From the NCBI GenBank assembly GCA_036507075.1, contig DASXQR010000054.1, positions 1 to 17,790 of the forward strand: a stretch of DNA of 17,790 nt, in the 5' to 3' direction. Source of the stretch: Acidobacteriota bacterium (lineage in GTDB: Bacteria > Acidobacteriota > UBA6911 > JACQSX01). Positions 15,086-17,790 of the stretch are shown here, piece by piece. Below the pieces are notes generated by a model. It worked only from the letters and a program-made list of their open reading frames with translations, did not search any database and had not been told where the DNA came from. Numbering within the stretch: position 1 is the first letter of the stretch; the number at the start of each line of letters is the position of its first letter. Both the position numbers and the translations under genes were made by a program.

Positions 15086-16175
15086 ACGCCTGACAAGATA
15101 AATGGGGGACAGACCCCAATATCGGGAGCAACCCCGCCATGCGCCCCACCGTCACGTCTTCTGGCATATGGTGCAAGAAGCGCGTTTCGTTGAGCAGCGT
15201 GATCCGGTGGCCCTTCTCGCGGAGGCGCTTGATTTCCATCAGCTTCAGGCCCGCATCCCGGCCGGCGGCCTGCAGCGGATTGGGCTTGCCGCGAACGACG
15301 ACATTCGTTCGCACCGAGGGCATGCCGTGAACAATCGCTCCCGGTCGCCGGGCTGCCAGGATGGCTTCGCTGCGGCGTTTTCTCAGGATGCCAGTGAACG
15401 CCAGGTGCACTCCCTTGAGCGTCCGCAGCACGCGCACATTGAGCGGAGCGGGTGGATTACAGAGAGCCTCGATCAGCTTGTCGGCGGTCTCGTACCTCTT
15501 CCGCCGCTCGCCGATGCAGCGGTAGATGATCTCCTTGAGATGATCGCTGCAGGGAAGCAGGCGGACCTCATGGGTGCGAATCCGGGCCCGCGCGTTTCCC
15601 TTCACCAGCATTCCCAGCAGTTGGCCCACCTGGTACACATCGTCGCGGGACTGCCATTTTGCCGCGCCGCCGGCTCGAATGTCGCTTGGGGCCATCAACG
15701 GGTTGAGAGTTCGTACGGTGATCCCGCGCCGGTCGCTCTGATGCCGGACGATGCCGAAATCCCCGAGCTTCAGGCGCCGGCCGTCGCAGACGAACACGTT
15801 CAGCGGTGTCAGATCGCGGTGGAGCATCTGGCCACGGTGCAGCTTTCCCAGCACCTGGAGGATGCCTGCGATTTCGCGCCGCGCGGTGGTTTCAGACCAT
15901 CCCTTGGCGGCGCGGTTCAGGAACGCACTGAGGTCGCCATGACGCGCGTACTCAAGGGCGAGGCAGTAGAGAACCTGCCCGTCCGAGCGCATCAGGGGAA
16001 ACATGTCAAAAACCTGGATCGCCCGCGGATGCCCGTCCAGCAACTGCCCGAAATACGCTTCCCGCAGCCACCCGTCGATGCGCGCGCTGACCTTGATGCA
16101 GAGGGTCTGCGGGACAAGGAGTGAGCGCCCCAGCCGCTTTGCAAGGAAAACCTGGCCGAACCCGCCCTCGCCGAG
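15012..16175 (-). pseudogene. Ser/Thr protein kinase fused to a BRCT domain, 5'-truncated and apparently lacking its native stop
   Basis: LGEGGFGQV, CIK, LEY, HRDLTPLNV, KLGDFG, MAPSD, DDVYQVG, then BRCT-like LKGVHLAFTG...GAIVHGMPSVRTNVVVRG...ITLLNETRF. Recognisable sequence spans about 15174-16175, and the frame runs on 74 nt into vapC. Confidence 0.8.
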
Positions 16176-16275
16176 CGGCCCGCACAATGTTGGGAAACCC
16201 CGCCAATCCCCCCAGAGCCACACCGACGAATTTGCGCCGGTTCAAAGTGAAATCAGACTCGCTGCGATTCTTCAT
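16176..16275 (-). pseudogene. 5' remnant of a Tat-exported protein gene (twin-arginine leader only)
   Basis: GGAGG then ATG 16275: MKNRSESDFTLNRRKFVGVALGGLAGFPNIVRAA (RRxF motif, hydrophobic core, Ala-rich end). The frame then continues into the kinase DNA out of frame. Confidence 0.65.
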
Positions 16276-16373
16276 GGCTGCCTCCATCGTAGATGACGTG
16301 AATTCAAAAAATCTGAACCGCCAAGAACGCTAGACAGCTTTGAAAAACTTTGCCAAAAAAAATTTGATTCTTT

Positions 16374-17243
16374 TTAGAATCCAAGCCGCTCGTCGGCCGA
16401 ATAAACCACAAAGCGCTTTCCGCGCAGAAATCCGACCAGTGTGAGGTTTAATTCACGCGCCAGCTTGACGGCAAGGCTGGAGGGCGCCGAAACGCAAGCG
16501 ACCAGCGGGATGCCTGCCACGAGCGACTTCTGGATGATTTCGAATCCGCCGCGCCCGCTCACCATCAGGATTTGGTCGGACAGGGGAAGCCTGTCTTGCA
16601 TCAAAGCCCAGCCTGCAACCTTGTCGACGGCATTATGGCGGCCGACATCTTCACGCAACACCAGCAGGTTGCCACGGACGTCAAAAAGTCCGGCCGCATG
16701 CAGACCTCCCGTCACGCCGAAGACCGCCTGGGCCGAACGCAGGGTTTCCGGAAGACGGCACAGTATCTCGGGGTCAACTCTCAGGTCGGGATTTGGCTGC
16801 TTGAGGCCTCGCGCGCGCACGGCATCAATCGACGCTTTGCCGCAAATACCACAGCTTGAAGCGACAAAAAAATTTCGCTGCATCCGCTCGCGGTCGATGG
16901 GCACGCCATCTGTCTTGATCTGGACAATGTTTCCGCTTGGCGCCCCTTCCACTCCCATGCCGTAACGCAGATCGACGATCTGACTGCGATCCTGGATCAA
17001 TCCTTCCGTAAAAAGGAAACCGGCCGCCAGCTCGAGATCATGGCCCGGCGTGCGCATCGTGACAGTGAGCGGAAAATCATCGATCCGAAGCTCCAGCGGT
17101 TCTTCTGCCACCAGGCTGTCGGCTACTCGGCGCACCTGCCGGTCGTTCCACTCAAGAACGAGCGCGACATCGGCGGCGCGGCCTCGGGAGGTCGTTGAAG
17201 GGGATGCAGAGGGTGGTGCGGCATCTCTACGGGCTTTGGGCAT
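16374..17243 (-). CDS. fdhD: Formate dehydrogenase accessory sulfurtransferase FdhD
   Basis: EEPLE, TMRTPGHDLELAAGFLFTEG, SSCGICGK, TGGLHAAGLF, REDVGRHNAVDK, SGR, SAPSSLAV. ATG 17243 preferred because the upstream extension is repeat DNA. Confidence 0.96.
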   Translation of the reverse strand: MPKARRDAAPPSASPSTTSRGRAADVALVLEWNDRQVRRVADSLVAEEPLELRIDDFPLTVTMRTPGHDLELAAGFLFTEGLIQDRSQIVDLRYGMGVEGAPSGNIVQIKTDGVPIDRERMQRNFFVASSCGICGKASIDAVRARGLKQPNPDLRVDPEILCRLPETLRSAQAVFGVTGGLHAAGLFDVRGNLLVLREDVGRHNAVDKVAGWALMQDRLPLSDQILMVSGRGGFEIIQKSLVAGIPLVACVSAPSSLAVKLARELNLTLVGFLRGKRFVVYSADERLGF

Positions 17244-17250
17244 TTTTCTG

Positions 17251-17440
17251 ATGTGGAGATGCGCAGCTTCGCTGCGCCCTGGAGTTTGGACAGTGCGGAG
17301 AGACGGCCCGACGGCCGTCTCGGGTGAAGTCGACTGCAGGACAATGCCGTGACATTCCCTGAGACGGCCCTCAGGCCGTCTCTCCAAAATGTAGAAAGTC
17401 CATGGCGCTGCATGCCGCGCCGCTGCATGGCGCTGGCAGC
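17251..17440. repeat. Cluster of REP-like palindromes (inverted pair plus degenerate copies)
   Basis: GAGACGGCC-cgac-GGCCGTCTC (17300-17321) and GAGACGGCC-ctca-GGCCGTCTC (17361-17382), each with an outer GGAG on opposite strands; GCGCAGC-ttc-GCTGCGC (17261-17277); CATGGCGCTG twice (17401, 17426). Confidence 0.75.
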
Positions 17441-17447
17441 ACGCTGT

Positions 17448-17790
17448 TTAGAAAGACAACTTCACTTTTTCAGCGCTCATCGCATTCGTCGAGACTTGCC
17501 TTGCCACTTCTCTGGCGATCTGACGCAGAGCAGCGGCCTGCGGGGATGCCGGCTGGCCTATTACGACAGGCATGCCGTTGTCTCCGCCCTCGCGCAGCTC
17601 CATTCCCAGGGGGACTTCGCCGAGAAGCGGCACTGCATATATTTGCGCAAGCTTTCTACCACCTCCCTCGCCAAAGATGTGGTAGCGGACGCCGGTATCG
17701 GGCGCCTCGAAATAACTCATATTCTCGACTACACCCAGGACGGGCACCCCGACAGCCTGAAACATGCGAAGCGCGCGCCGCACGTCAATC
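17448..17790 (-). CDS. mrp: Mrp/NBP35 (ApbC) iron-sulfur cluster carrier ATPase, 3' end (partial)
   Basis: IDVRRALRMF...VPVLGVVENMSYF...IFGEGGG...LLGEVPL...REGGDNGMPVV; frame open to the window edge. Confidence 0.94.
   Translation of the reverse strand, partial: IDVRRALRMFQAVGVPVLGVVENMSYFEAPDTGVRYHIFGEGGGRKLAQIYAVPLLGEVPLGMELREGGDNGMPVVIGQPASPQAAALRQIAREVARQVSTNAMSAEKVKLSF

Noticed and set aside
15102..16124. 340-aa plus-strand ORF
   Set aside because: It is the antisense mirror of the kinase-BRCT frame, which carries all the motifs.
16291..16373. AT-rich gap after fdhD as a terminator or repeat element (AACCGCCAAGAACGC)
   Set aside because: No convincing GC stem before the T runs, and only a single degenerate unit of the possible repeat.
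17244..17387. 48-aa N-terminal extension of FdhD in the ORF track
   Set aside because: It consists of REP-like palindromes and begins at a TTG with no clear RBS.

Overview
This is high-GC bacterial DNA whose gene repertoire (Ser/Thr kinase with TolB-like propeller, ADOP-type permease, REP-like palindromes) suggests Acidobacteria; the taxon is an inference. Intact genes are a translationally coupled histidine kinase / OmpR-family regulator / PP2C(SpoIIE) phosphatase operon, a VOC protein, a membrane Hanks-type kinase, a surface-glycan cluster (GT4, SAM methyltransferase, GT4, GT4-methyltransferase fusion), an AbrB-type/VapC toxin-antitoxin pair, fdhD and the 3' end of mrp/apbC. Between them lie many clipped or frameshifted remnants: an amidohydrolase directly behind an integron attC-like site, an orphan Phd antitoxin, an ADOP permease fragment, and a kinase-BRCT gene joined out of frame to a Tat-signal leader. 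Non-coding signals include helically phased TTNACA boxes, a heptamer repeat with an inverted arm and two related REP-like clusters. I see no RNA genes, CRISPR array, integrase or transposase, and no complete novel system. The best leads are the attC-like site, the kinase-BRCT fusion and the GT4-methyltransferase fusion.
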